A stretch of 64,000 bases of DNA from Octopus vulgaris (Eukaryota). The translations under genes were made by a program, and so were the position numbers. Where the stretch lies: positions 110,360,001-110,424,000 of the forward strand of contig OX597815.1 of the NCBI GenBank assembly GCA_951406725.2, given 5' to 3'. Of this stretch, positions 25,952 to 47,040 are shown one piece after another (the stretch's first letter is position 1; each line of letters opens with the position of its first letter). A model generated the notes under the pieces. It saw only the letters and a program-made list of their open reading frames with translations. It had not been told where the DNA came from and did not search any database.

Positions 25952-26183
25952 TACACACATATATATTTGTAAATCATAATTAGAGGATAAAATCATTAAA
26001 ATTAATGAATTTTATCAGTGGCCAGCGTATAAAAAAACCTTCTAGGTAAACCAAATTTATAGAGATATGCAATTGTATTGGGTACAATTATACTTAAGGG
26101 CACAAAAGCTATTATGGCTATATGCTGAAAGAACACGCATAATACGTTCTACCGCTTCAAATATTCCCTGCATAAATAATTAC
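25580..26183. repeat. Repeat modules A (25580-25790) and B (25970-26183)
   Basis: Each has an inverted homologue: B' 27813-28020, A' 28838-29049. Confidence 0.8.
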
Positions 26184-26569
26184 TCAAGTTGAAATCATAT
26201 GGTTATATTTTTACATACCGCAAGACGCACCCATACACACTTATATATAATATATATACGCATACACACATATATAAATGATAATTAGAAGATAAACTCA
26301 TTACAATTAATGAATTATATCACTTCTACACGAAACATAAGTATTCCTCTGTATCTTAAGCTACATCATGCGTGTATGTGTACGCGCATGGTGTGTGTAC
26401 GCGCACGAATTAGAGGATGCGTGTATATTTGTTAATTTTTATTTCACGTCATTTATATAGATACAAACATATGTGTATATGTAGGTTTATGCATGTATGT
26501 ATGTATGTATGTATGTATGTATGTATGTATGTATGTATGTATGTATGTATGTATGTGTGTGTATGTATG

Positions 26570-26603
<34 letters not shown>

Positions 26604-26821
26604 TGTATGTATGTATGTGTGTATGTATGTATATATGTATGTATATATGAATGTATATATGTATATATGTATGTATGTATGTCATTATTCAGTTTATTTC
26701 AAGAATTCTTCCCAATAGAGAAAGACCCGGTCTCTGACCTAGATCCAACGTTCCTTTATTGGAATCTCAACATCGACAACAGGGTTTTTTTGTTTATATG
26801 TATGTATGTATGTATGTTATG

Positions 26822-27374
26822 TCAGGTCACTTTCGAGTGCTACTGGTAACATGTAACCCAGTACAACCTGTTGCATGGTCGGGTCGTTGGCGACTAAACC
26901 GGCAACCCCACCAAGCTTGATTGGTGAGGAAGGTGTTTATTGGACACCCTGCGGGATGAAAAACAAAACCCGTCAAATGGCGGAGGAACTCTTGAGAGTC
27001 AACGGCCATCCAATAAATGCCTTAAGGCTGCATCATGCGCGGGGACATTGAAATAATCGGACTGAATACCCGATCGCGCGGTTAAACCATTGGGAGTGAA
27101 GGACTCCTAGCCTTTGTTAGGGCATCCTTCTAAGAGAAGGTAACTCAGGAAACTGGGATAACTCCGACATAAAACCTGCAGCTCGGTGGTTACCGATGAT
27201 GTTGACTTGTTCTTCTTTTTGGATTATGGCTGCTGTTGCTTAGTGAGTGGGATTGACTCAGTGCACAGCCTTTCCTCACTATAAAAAAAAATCTTCTTGC
27301 ACGGGCATTGCACGATAACAACATTGATTAAGCTTCGTGCAATGGCCATACTCGATAACGAGGGGGCAGCCACC
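26822..27374 (+). mobile_element. ~550 bp GC-richer non-coding element inserted in (ATGT)n
   Basis: Sharp compositional edges, (ATGT)n on both sides, no credible ORF; motif ggcatccttctaagagaaggtaactc recalls RTE-type 5' UTRs. Confidence 0.55.
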
Positions 27375-27439
27375 ATGTATGTATGTAAGTATGTATGTGA
27401 ATATTGATGTGTTTTATGTATGTGTTTTCATGCATATAG

Positions 27440-27578
27440 TTACATATCTAGTCATGCTTATATGTATTTAAATGATAATATTCTGGACAGTTTTACGGAT
27501 TTTTACATGTCCGGTGAAGGTTTGGATCTATAGTCTTCGAATTAGCTTTCTCCCTTCTAGCTTTGATAAGCCTAATTG
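27440..27578 (-). pseudogene. R4/Dong-like 3' fragment (same family as 10125)
   Basis: Reverse strand LGLSKLEGRKLIRRL*IQTFTGHVKIRKTVQ. Confidence 0.65.
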
Positions 27579-27714
27579 TATGTATGTATGTATGTATGTA
27601 TGTATGTATGTATGTATGTATGTATGTATGTATGTATGTATGTATGTATGTATGCATGTATGTATGTATGTATGTATGTATGTATGTATGTATGTATGTA
27701 TGTATGTATGTATA

Positions 27715-27810
27715 TGAGGGATAGCTGAAAAGTTCCTGGCTTTAAGGGTGTTACGCAAGGCCTGGTTGAAGGTCCAACCTTCCGAGTTCTTTTATGGAGC
27801 TTAGGAAACT
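27715..27810 (+). mobile_element. Left half of the mariner-derived MITE
   Basis: gctgaaaagttcctggctttaag...ccgagttcttttat...cttaggaaact matches 1275-1370. Confidence 0.75.
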
Positions 27811-28051
27811 TGTGTAATTATTTATGGAGTGAATATTTGAAACCGTAGGACGTATTCGGCGTGTTCTCTCTGCATATAGGCATTATAGCATTTGTGCCCT
27901 TAAGTATAATTGTACCCAATACAATTGTATATTTCTGTATTTTACCTAAAAGTTTTTCTTTATGCTAGTCACTGATAAAATTCATTAATTTTAATTATAT
28001 TATCTTCTAATTATGATTTATATATATATATATATGTAAATCATAATCAGA

Positions 28052-28680
28052 TTTTTGTCAGTGCAAAAACCGGTCCACGTGAGTCCAAATATTTAAAAGT
28101 AAGTTGGGAGATTGTCTTGACTTGATTTGTCTTCGATTGATTTCTGTAGCTATCATCAGTGTATTTTAGCGATTTAAATGAGTTTTGACTGTTATTTCCA
28201 GCAGGTAGTCATACTTTATATGTCCTTTGATTAACTTTAATCCTTCAGCTATTCAATGCTTTTTAGGGCATGCAATCATCTATATTATTGATTTTATTAT
28301 TATTTTTTAAATACTTACACTAAATAATAACTAGATTAATAATATCTTCGCAAATTTATTTTTCGTAAATTATTTTTCTCGTGAAATGTTTGCCTCTGTA
28401 TTGAGATTATTTCTACACTGGTGGCTGCAAAAATTTCGACGCAAAACGAATCAGTTGCGTCGCAGATTACAAGACTATAGGTTGGAAGTCTCTATCATGG
28501 TAACGCGTGCTGAAAAAGCTAAGGCTATTTTTGCCAGTGCAGAAACCGGTCCACGTGAGTTCAAATACTTAAATCTACGTTGGGAGATTGTCTTAACCTG
28601 ATTTGCCTTCAGCTGATTTCTGTAGTTATCATTAGTGTATTTTGGCGATTTAAATAAGAGTTTTTTGACTGTTATTTCCA
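28052..28680 (+). mobile_element. Tandem pseudo-LTR pair (28052-28200, 28529-28680) with hammerhead motif
   Basis: ~150 bp direct repeats; CGTG-CTGAAAA-agctaaGGC..GCCagtgca-GAAAC-CG-GTC-CACG at 28506-28555. Confidence 0.7.
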
Positions 28681-28687
28681 AAAATTA

Positions 28688-28737
<50 letters not shown>

Positions 28738-28750
28738 CATATATATATAT

Positions 28751-28821
<71 letters not shown>

Positions 28822-29186
28822 GCATAAATATATATATGAATGTGTGAGTGTGTCTTGCGGTATGTAAACGTATTACCATATGCTTAATTACACTTCTTTC
28901 TTAATTGATTATAGGCGGTGAATTATCAAAGCTGTTTGAGTGTCGGATGGCAAACCAACAAAATCTGTTCCGGCTCTTTGCGCTTTGGCTTGCCTTTCAT
29001 ACAAATGGTATCGATAAATAAAGCACAAGTTCATACCTATATACATAAATTAATGTATATATGCGCATATATATATGTGTGTGCGTGTACACACGCATGC
29101 ACACGCACACATAGTTACACACACATGCACACATGCACACATGTACACAGCGCACATACATGCATACATATGTGTGTACGTGTATA

Positions 29187-29542
29187 CACTTGCATCAGAA
29201 ATTAATTAGCACTTCTCAAATTTCTACATTAAATAGGTTAATTCAATTAACCTATGAGCTGTTTAAAACGTCTTACGCGATGAGAAAACTTAGTATGGTG
29301 TGATTTCGGTCCTTGCGAGGCGCTACCTATATCTATTAAACAAAGGAAGTTGTTGTTGCACTGCTATGTCAACATCATAAGGCTGTAGACTCTCAAACTG
29401 CTCTGCAAACAAATTTACGCCATCGTTCTGCGCAACAGTGAACTCGCAACAAAGCAATAGTTCGAGATATGGCCACTAGGTGACATCGCATACCTTGAGT
29501 GAAGAGCAAATCAAGGGTGCTAATTAATTTCTGACGGTAGTG
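29187..29542. mobile_element. Tc1-type MITE
   Basis: TIRs cacttgcatcagaaattaattagcac / gtgctaattaatttctgacggtagtg, TA on both sides. Confidence 0.85.
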
Positions 29543-29739
29543 TATATGCAACGTTGTTCCAGTCAAATCTCAAGAGTCCTGAGATTTGATATTATAGCTC
29601 AGCCACAATTGATTCAGTGATACTAGCTTAATCATCGTTTCCTCGTTGTAGGGCTGTTAGACCCATGATTTTACACAAAGTAAGCCATGACTGAATTAAT
29701 AACACCACCAGGAAAATACATTTCATGATGATTCACATT

Positions 29740-30720
29740 AGATTCATTATTTGATACCACAGCCCATTCGAGTAAAGAGTTATTCTTTGCGCATTTATAT
29801 ACAGGTGTAGGTGGTTTTTCTGGAATTTTGGGAGATTTTCATCCAGGTACCGTCCTAATGTTATGATATCTTTTACTTCTCTTACGTGTCTTGGCATAAT
29901 GATAAGAGAACAGGTGAGGTGAGATGGTTGTGATTATTGTTGTGAAGTGAAGTGTGCATGATTTTTGTTGAGGACAGAGGGCAAGGGGAATCAAGACTTG
30001 GTTGAATTTTAAAGTTAATGCCGATATCTTTTGCGCAATGCTGTTGGGATAATTTCCACATCATACAAATGAGATAGTACTCGAGGCAAAATTAGAGGGA
30101 ATAAAGTTTGAGCTTCTCCAAGCGATTCCTATTACCAAGACTTGTCGTGTAGTCTATTTTCTGTGATTGATCTCTGGGGTGCTTCAATTTTTATAATATT
30201 TTTCGTGTCGGATGACCACAGCTGACAACAGTATTCGGAAAGTTCTGAAGATCCAGGAGCTTACCCTGGAGGCCATCTCGCCTTTTCTGTTTCGGTGAAA
30301 ACTCCCGCTTAAGCGAGGTTTTGCCCAGGAGAAGAGTCTATGATAGCTTAAGAGCACTCTCTTTTCCGAAGTAGATTAATTCTAATTTATTCTTGTTTTG
30401 TTGAATATCGTGTTTTCCGTATATTGGAAAACAGTGAGCAGATCCGATTGGATATTGGAAATAGCGACCCTCGGAAAATTCTAATGCTGTTGTGTTTGAC
30501 GGCGCCAAAGATGTCATTGATATAAACAATGAAATGAAGTGGGTCCAAAACAGTGCCTTTAGAGACCCCACTGATGATACTTGCCGAGCTTAATCGAATA
30601 CCATCGAACAATACGAGCTGGGATCTGTTCGCCAGAAAACATTCAATCCAGCTTTATAGTTTCTCTTGGACTATAGTTTCTTTAATAGGATGCGTTGGTC
30701 AACTTTATTTAGAAGACCTT
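29740..30720 (-). pseudogene. Old CR1-like RT relic
   Basis: Reverse strand WIECFLANRSQLVLFDG..SGVSKGTVLDPLHFIVYINDI (eroded GVPQGSVLGP motif). Confidence 0.7.
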
Positions 30721-31220
30721 GGTGAAGTCAAGACATAAAACCACTGCATTTGAACCCACACCCAGAGCATTTAGGATGTCGTCAAGGTGCTGCATCTGTC
30801 TTGATATTCAACTGACATCTATGATGGATTAACTTGAGAATTCCAAGTGACAATGTAACGTTCCTGTAATTAAGGTAATCTCTGTCACATGATTAGCTAA
30901 GTTGAGCGCTCCTCGTTAAGCAATTATTACATCAGAGAATAAGTTAGCTAAGAAACATGTAATCTAAATTATAGCCATTGCACTAACTCAATTTGGATTT
31001 TTATTCACATACATATCAACTCTAGTTGCTAACAGTGAACTATATAGAAACGTTCAGCATATCGAATTTCCTTGTAACTTCTACATGGAAAGAAAGTGTG
31101 TAACATTGGGCGTCAATAAATTGTTATTCGACCTTACCGTACACTGTCCACATTTTGTTTTCTGTACCTGCTACGGTCTGTTTGAGGCTTACAGACATCC
31201 TACAATTGGATCACTGAGTG

Positions 31221-31291
<71 letters not shown>

Positions 31292-31293
<2 letters not shown>

Positions 31294-32007
31294 AATCCTT
31301 AAATCCTTAAAAATGTTTTAGCCCGAAGGCCGCGGCCATGCTGGGGCACCACCGCTGAATGAGCCACACTAGTTTGTGAATCCACCTCTGATACGTGGCA
31401 CTTGATCAACAAGGGAGTTCGATGCTGCTGCCCGCATCCGTGTCTCCTGTCGTGAGGTAGGTTCATCTGGGACTCCCAACAAGAAGAGATCCAGTTTAGT
31501 TTTAAAGAAACCCACATCCACACCATGTAAGTCTCTCAGGCATTTAGGGAGGATGTTGAAAAGCTGTGGTCCTCTGAAACCCAAGCTGTTGCAGTATCTG
31601 GACCTGTATTTTGATGGTGATGTTGGAATCCTTGGCACCACGCAGCGGCGCCCCGTTCTGCGGTTGGAGTAACTTTGAATGCCAAAGTTTGGGACAAGAC
31701 CCTCCAGGATTTTCCAGATGTATATTACTGCATATCTCTCCCGCCTCCGCTCCAGGGAGAAGAGGTTTAATACCTTCAGTCTTTCCCAGTAGCTGACATT
31801 TTGCATTGAGACGATTTTCTTTGTGTAGCTTCTCTGAGTTGCTTCGAGTTCTGCTGTTTGTTTTATATTGTGTGGTGACCAAAGTTGGGAGCAGTAGTCC
31901 AAGCGGCTGAGGACAAATGTTTTCCATAGGACCATCAGTGTCTCCTTCTCTCTTGTTCTGAAAGTTCGGAGAATCCATCCAGCTAGCCGTCTGCATTTTA
32001 TCACCAG
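31292..32007 (-). mobile_element. 5'-truncated CR1-like LINE with uninterrupted ORF2 C-terminus (31369-32004)
   Basis: GWILRTF, SRLDYCSQLWSP, LEATQR, SYWERLKVLNLFSLERRRER; short 3' UTR with (GATTTAAG)-type tail next to (TA)n. Confidence 0.9.
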
Positions 32008-32200
32008 ATTAGCAATATATATATATATTTATATATATATATATACATATGTATATATGTATGTATGTGTTTGTGAGTGTCTGTGTATTATATGAATATA
32101 TGTGTATAGTAATATGTGTGTATCTATATATATATGTCTGTGTGTATATAGATAGATATATACATTTATTCTTATATATGTACACGTATATAAAATGACA

Positions 32201-32234
<34 letters not shown>

Positions 32235-32414
32235 AATACATGTATACACACAGACATACCTGTTTGGGTTTGTGCGTATGTATGTAAAGATATATCTATA
32301 TATGTATATATATATATGTGTGTATGTGTGTGTGTGTGCGTGTGTGTGTGAGCTCGTCTTAATTTTTAATTATTATAAATCTTCCACTGAAGAGGGAGCC
32401 GGTTTCCTACAAAG

Positions 32415-32445
<31 letters not shown>

Positions 32446-33329
32446 TGTATGTATGTATGTATTTATGTATGTATGTATGTATGTATGTATGTATGTATGT
32501 ATGTATGTATGTATGTATGTGAGTATGTGTTTGTATGTATGTATGTATTTATGTATGTATGTATGTATGTATGTATGTATGTATGTATGTATGTATGTAT
32601 GTGTTTGTATGTATGTATGTATGTATGTATGTATGTATGTATGTATGTATGTATGTATGTATGTATGTATAATACAAATGTGTTATATATGTTGTCTAAG
32701 AATAAACGAAAATATGGATTGGATTTTAGACAGCCTTAGTGATTTAAACCGGAGTCTGATATGATAGGTTCGAAAGAAAACATGACACTATGCATACCGA
32801 CTTTGACGAACATTTTTTTGTTTTCCCCTTCAAAGAGTGGTTTTGATTCATCAATACAAAAAGCGGTTTTTATTTTTATTTTTTGTCTTTTATTTTCTTT
32901 CTCGCCATAGGACAGTTGGGTGTGATTTGTGGCGAACTACCACAGACAGGGTTAGTTATTCTCTCGAAACGTTGCTCGTCCCATTTTACTGTGTGTCTCT
33001 TGATTGAAAAGAATGTTTTTTTTTTCCTATTAGACTATTATTCCCGCATTCATAATTGCTGATTGGGACGAATGGTGGATTTGTTAACGTTAAGTAATTA
33101 TTCAAAAACTGTATAGAGACTATCGTTTCTTGCATATACTCAGTGGAGAATGTAATTCGAGTTAATTCATTGTCTGTAGAGCATCTAATTAATTACACAA
33201 GGATTAATTCACTTATTAAGTAAGAGAGACAGTAAGGTAGTAGACACTGCGTACGTGTGTGGGTGTGTGTAGTGAGTGCTTTCTCCCCAGTATTTATTAG
33301 TAAAAATTATACGATGAGAATATCACAGA

Positions 33330-41840
<8,511 letters not shown>

Positions 41841-41891
41841 TGAAAAAACGTAGCCCAGCGGTTAGGGTGTTGCACTCATGGTCTTAAGATT

Positions 41892-42328
41892 CTTGTCTAC
41901 TCGAGGCACAAAGCCCGAAATTTTGAGGGGAGGGACCCAATCTATTAGGTCGAACCCAGTCCGCAACTGATACTTAATTTTTTGACGTTGAAAGGATGAA
42001 AGGCTAAGTCGACCTCGGCGGAATTTGAACTCAAAACGTAAAGACAGACGAAATAACGCTAAGCATTTCGCCCGGTGTGCTAACTTTTCTTATTTCTTTG
42101 CTGCGCACAGGGGGGCTAAACATAAAGGGGACAAGCAAGAGCAGATAAATAGATTAAGTCGATTACATCGACCCCAGTGCATAACAGGTACTTATTTAAT
42201 CGAGCCCGAAAGGATGATAGGTAATGTCGACCTCGGCGGAATTTGAACTCAGATCGTAAAGACAGACGTAATACTGCTAAGCATTTCGCACGGCGTGCTA
42301 ACATTTCTGCCAGCTCGCCGCCTTTGAA
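41892..42328 (-). mobile_element. Full dimeric SINE family A with 12 bp target-site duplication
   Basis: Two monomers (gttagcac.ccg.gcgaaatgcttagc..gagttcaaattccgccgaggtcgac); GGTCTTAAGATT at 41880-41891 and 42329-42340. Confidence 0.9.
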
Positions 42329-42889
42329 GGTCTTAAGATTGCGGTTTTAATTCCCAGACGGTATAATGCGAGCATGTGCATGTGTGTGTGTGTTTGTGTG
42401 TGTGTTTGTTTGTTTGTTTGTTTGTTTGTTTGTTTGTTTGCTTGTGTGTGTGTGTGTGTGTATGTGTGTGTTTGTGTGTGTTTGTGTGTATGAGTATACG
42501 TGATCATTTATGAAAATCTTTCTGCTTTATTCTCGCTTATATTCAAAACATTCCCACATACTCCTACATCCTTGAACAACGCGCACGCTAGCACGTAAAC
42601 ACGTACACATTCGAACGCACACACGCGCACACAAATACGCACACAAATACGCACACATGCACACAAACAGACGTACGCATTCAAACGAACTACTCAGTCA
42701 CACACACACACGCAGACACTCTTACTCTCTCTCTCTCTCTCTCACACACACATATATAATACAATTTGTTACGCAGAACTTTAAATGCCAAACTCGTTTG
42801 TGCTTTAACTTTGATTCTTTGGCTCCCTGCTCTACTGCCTACAGTTGTGACCTTTCCACTATATATATACAAATTCCTACACATCTTTT

Positions 42890-43042
42890 TCTCTTTCAAT
42901 TTTTTCCTCTCAAACCTTTACGACGAAGAGCGTAGGCTCGAAACGACAATGACTTTTGCAATCTTCCCAAGCGTCAAACTAATACACCAGTTCGTTGTTC
43001 CCTCACCTGTTTTCGTCCTCTGTTTTCTGAGAAATTGAACTA
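42890..43042 (+). mobile_element. Solo PLE pseudo-LTR (family P1)
   Basis: cgacgaagagcgtaggctcgaaacg...gcgtcaaactaatac...acctgttttcgtc, then (TA)n. Confidence 0.7.
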
Positions 43043-43047
43043 TATAC

Positions 43048-43115
<68 letters not shown>

Positions 43116-43225
43116 TTCATAGATGAGAATTAAATATTCTCTGTATAGAGGACATTTAGTAGTATTCAAATGTTTAAACTTGAGCGGGTAAATAAATAAT
43201 TGTAAGGATAAGCAAGCTAGGCAGG

Positions 43226-44403
43226 TCATATTTGAATTATTATAGCAGAAGTTAGTAGGCTGAAGTTAGTGGGGTAGGGAGAATAGAAACTACTAATGCT
43301 CTAGAATTTTTTAATGTCCCTTACCATTTAACAGCCATGATTGAAGAAGAAATTGATTGGACTAGGGCTGATACCCCAAATAATTTTGTTATACACATGG
43401 GCTCTAGTGATTCGGCGGAGATAACTAATTTAGTAGGAACTTATTTATTAAAATGCATAAGTAGAGAGATTCCCGAATTACGAGGGGGTTTATGCAGGGA
43501 TGATGCATTATTTATCGTCCCTAGTAATAATAAATCGATAATTGAGAGAAGAAGGAAGAAAATTAGTAGATTTTTCAAGGATTTCAACTTAAGCATTCAC
43601 TTATGCATATAACACTAAGATAGTTATCTTACTAGATGTTACTTTAGACTTTTAAACTCAAAATTATATTACCCATATAGAAAAGATGGGGAAGTTACTA
43701 GATACTTAAACAAATGATGAAATCACTCCCCTAATATACTAAAATCGATAATGAAAAGTATTTCAAGAAGAATTTCAAAATTATCATCTAACAATGACAT
43801 TTTTTAATTCTCACTCACATCATTATAATGTTGCTTTATCTGGAGCTGGATATGACCAGGAAATCACCTTCCTAGATCTTGATAATAAAAATCTTTCAAA
43901 TGAAAAAATGAATGAAAATAGCTCAATAAACCCGATACAATAAATGGAAATGATAAACAGGACATAAATAAGTATAAAAAGGTTAAGTTAGATAAAATAA
44001 ATACAAATAATAATATGAAAATCTCTCCCACTGATAAAAAAACCCTAATAAATATAAATATAAGACTAAAGAGAATAACAAATCTCTAAAGGATATAGAT
44101 AACATTAATCTTTCCCACCCTTAATCAAATAAAAATTTTTTTTAAAAATGTTGTATGGCTAAATATTCCCTTCAACTAGGCACTTTTTACGAACATATAC
44201 GGCAAATTTATGTCCATACTAGAAAAAACTTCCCTGCTTCCCATAAATATAAAATAATTTCTAGTAAATCAGTGAGAATATCATACTCTACTCTTCCAAA
44301 TATGGGTACCATAATAGCTAGACTAAATAGAAAAATATCAAGTTAGCTAGAAATGGTATAAAAATCAACAACAATAATAATGATGATGATAATAATAATA
44401 ATG

Positions 44404-44462
<59 letters not shown>

Positions 44463-44513
44463 TATAATAATAATAATTATAATAATAATTATAATAGCAA
44501 CATTAATATAAAC

Positions 44514-44571
<58 letters not shown>

Positions 44572-45543
44572 TCAATGATATAAATGATAATAATAATGTG
44601 GAAAGTGAGGAAATAAAGAAAAGATTAGTAACAAACAAACCTAACTTACATAACAATATAATTATAGATAAGGGAAATAACACTAATGCTAGTAATAACT
44701 CTAATAATGAAAATGAAAACAGATCGTTGCTAAATAATACTAATATCAGGAATCATCCCCCCAGTTGTAATTGTAGAATTAGATCAAAATACCCGGTATC
44801 TGATTCAAAATGTAATTTATAAATGTACAATAATGACTTTAAATAATAGCTGTCTTTATTGCGGATGTTCGATAGACCTAAAGAAACGTTTGAACAACCA
44901 CTTATCTACTTTTAGACTTAAACACAAGGCGGGTTGCACAACGCTGTCCAGTAAAATTTGGGAACTGAAAGAAAAAAATATCGAATTAAACCTAAAATGG
45001 GATATAATAAGAAAGACACAGCCTTATAAAAATAGTAGGGATGGATGTGAACTTCGTTCTATGGAGACATATGAAATTTTGAAACATAGGAATAATACAA
45101 ACTTATTGAATAACCGTTCTGAACTAGGAGCCTCCTGTATACATTGTGCCACCCGTACTTTTAAGTATTTTAAATAATAACATTCTGACCATTCCTAAAT
45201 TGTCAAATCTTAATATTTTGTAACCAAATAGGGAATTAATATACCATACTAACTTTTATTTAACCTGCATAGATTATTAAGAAATTTTATAATATAAATA
45301 AATTTGAATAAAGGGAAATTAGAATTTTTTGATACTCTCCTATATGGGATTGCAAAAATTCTATATATCTAGGGAAATTATTTGGTTCATCTTGATTACC
45401 TCCCTTCCATTAATTTTTAATATATCTTATAGGTTTTTTTTTACAGATAGTAAATATTATGTCTAGCATATTCGTTTAATTTAACTCATTAATAAAGTAA
45501 ATCACTATTTACAAACTAACTATGATTCTATATTAATAGAAAT

Positions 45544-45586
<43 letters not shown>

Positions 45587-46231
45587 GATTTCTATATTTT
45601 CTATCCCTATATAAGATACTAAAATTTATTGGAATCCTTTGGAAAACTATGTAAAGGATATTTATTTAAAATTCAAAAGCAGAATCATGGCTGTTAAATG
45701 GTAAGGGACATTAAAAACCTCTAGAGCATTAGTAGTCTCTATTATCCCTACCCCACTAACTTCAGCCTACTAACTTCTGCTATAATACATTCAAATATGC
45801 CTAAGTTAAATTCCTCAAAATGAGGATGGATTTATCGCTTTGACATTTGTACTACCCCTTACTCTATCTATAAATAGAAAAAAATTCTTGTTTGTCTCCA
45901 TTGAACCAAGAATAGAAACCCCCTCCCCACTGATAGATCTAAATAACAAAGGGAACTCAGTGATAAAAAATCTACAGATGGAGAAGGACATACTACCACC
46001 ATGTTCTTAATGTTGAAATTAACCTCTCTGTCTATATATCTACCCTCTTTGTAATGTTGGCAAATGAAATAAGTATAAAAATGTGCATTGTCCGTTTGAT
46101 TAAAAAATTCTATATGTGGCTAAAGATTGCTCGACATTTTAAAACTGATGTAATACTTACAGTGTTTAATTAAATGAAGTAGCATGAAACGATTACACTA
46201 CACTACCTTGGATATCCTTGTTGCTTATTTT

Positions 46232-46235
<4 letters not shown>
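43226..46235 (+). mobile_element. 5'-truncated Penelope-like retroelement (RT plus C-terminal GIY-YIG; tentatively Nematis-like) with inverted 5' copy of downstream sequence
   Basis: MGSSDSAEITNLVG..GGLCRDDAL, LDVTLD, PYRK, NHSPNILK, RISYSTLPNM, CNCR, LYCG..LKKRLNNH..TLSSKIWELK..LNNRSE; inverted repeat 43228-43341/45683-45799; hammerhead-like motif 46114-46200. Confidence 0.9.
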
Positions 46236-46289
<54 letters not shown>

Positions 46290-46290
<1 letters not shown>

Positions 46291-46917
46291 GAATCCTGTG
46301 ACAATCCCAGAAAGCATATCTAATGGATTCGGCTATCATTTCACACACTAATTCAATACAGAAGAGTATAATGCAAAATTCTAAGTAGCTGAATTCCAAG
46401 AGATCCAGTCGATTAAAATTATTTCTTGAGGAGTATATAGACTATATACTAAGGATTATGAGTGATGAATGTGTTTATCGAACCACTTGATATCTGCAGG
46501 ATAACGGTTGTTCCGTACCCTTTATCATGTAATAATAATTTCAGTGTTAAATAAAATACTTTATATGGCTGCATCAATATCCATGCAGCTCATTCCGCGG
46601 ATATATTTTATCGTATATTTATCAATTAATTATTTTATTATTCTAGTTTATTTTTAACCTGATGAGTGGCTATATTTATATCGAAGTGATTTTACTACTA
46701 CTATTAATTATTTTTTACTATATTCATTTCTTTAATATAGCCACGAAACCCGTGCCATTATTCTACCAAATATATACGTTTTTATTATTATTTTGCAATT
46801 TACTTGATCATCAGTATATTATTGTTATTTTATTTTTAATATTTCTATTATTTGTAATTTTCTAGATGGTGTAATTTAACTGTTCATTTTGAATTGATAA
46901 AAGGTGTTTTTTCTAAT
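46290..46917 (+). mobile_element. Probable 3' end/pseudo-LTR of another PLE family with hammerhead core
   Basis: CTGATGA (46659) + 11 bp perfect stem GTGGCTATATT/AATATAGCCAC + GAAAC; 46773-46917 recurs at 49322-49465. Confidence 0.6.
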
Positions 46918-46934
46918 TTATATGTATATATATA

Positions 46935-47040
<106 letters not shown>

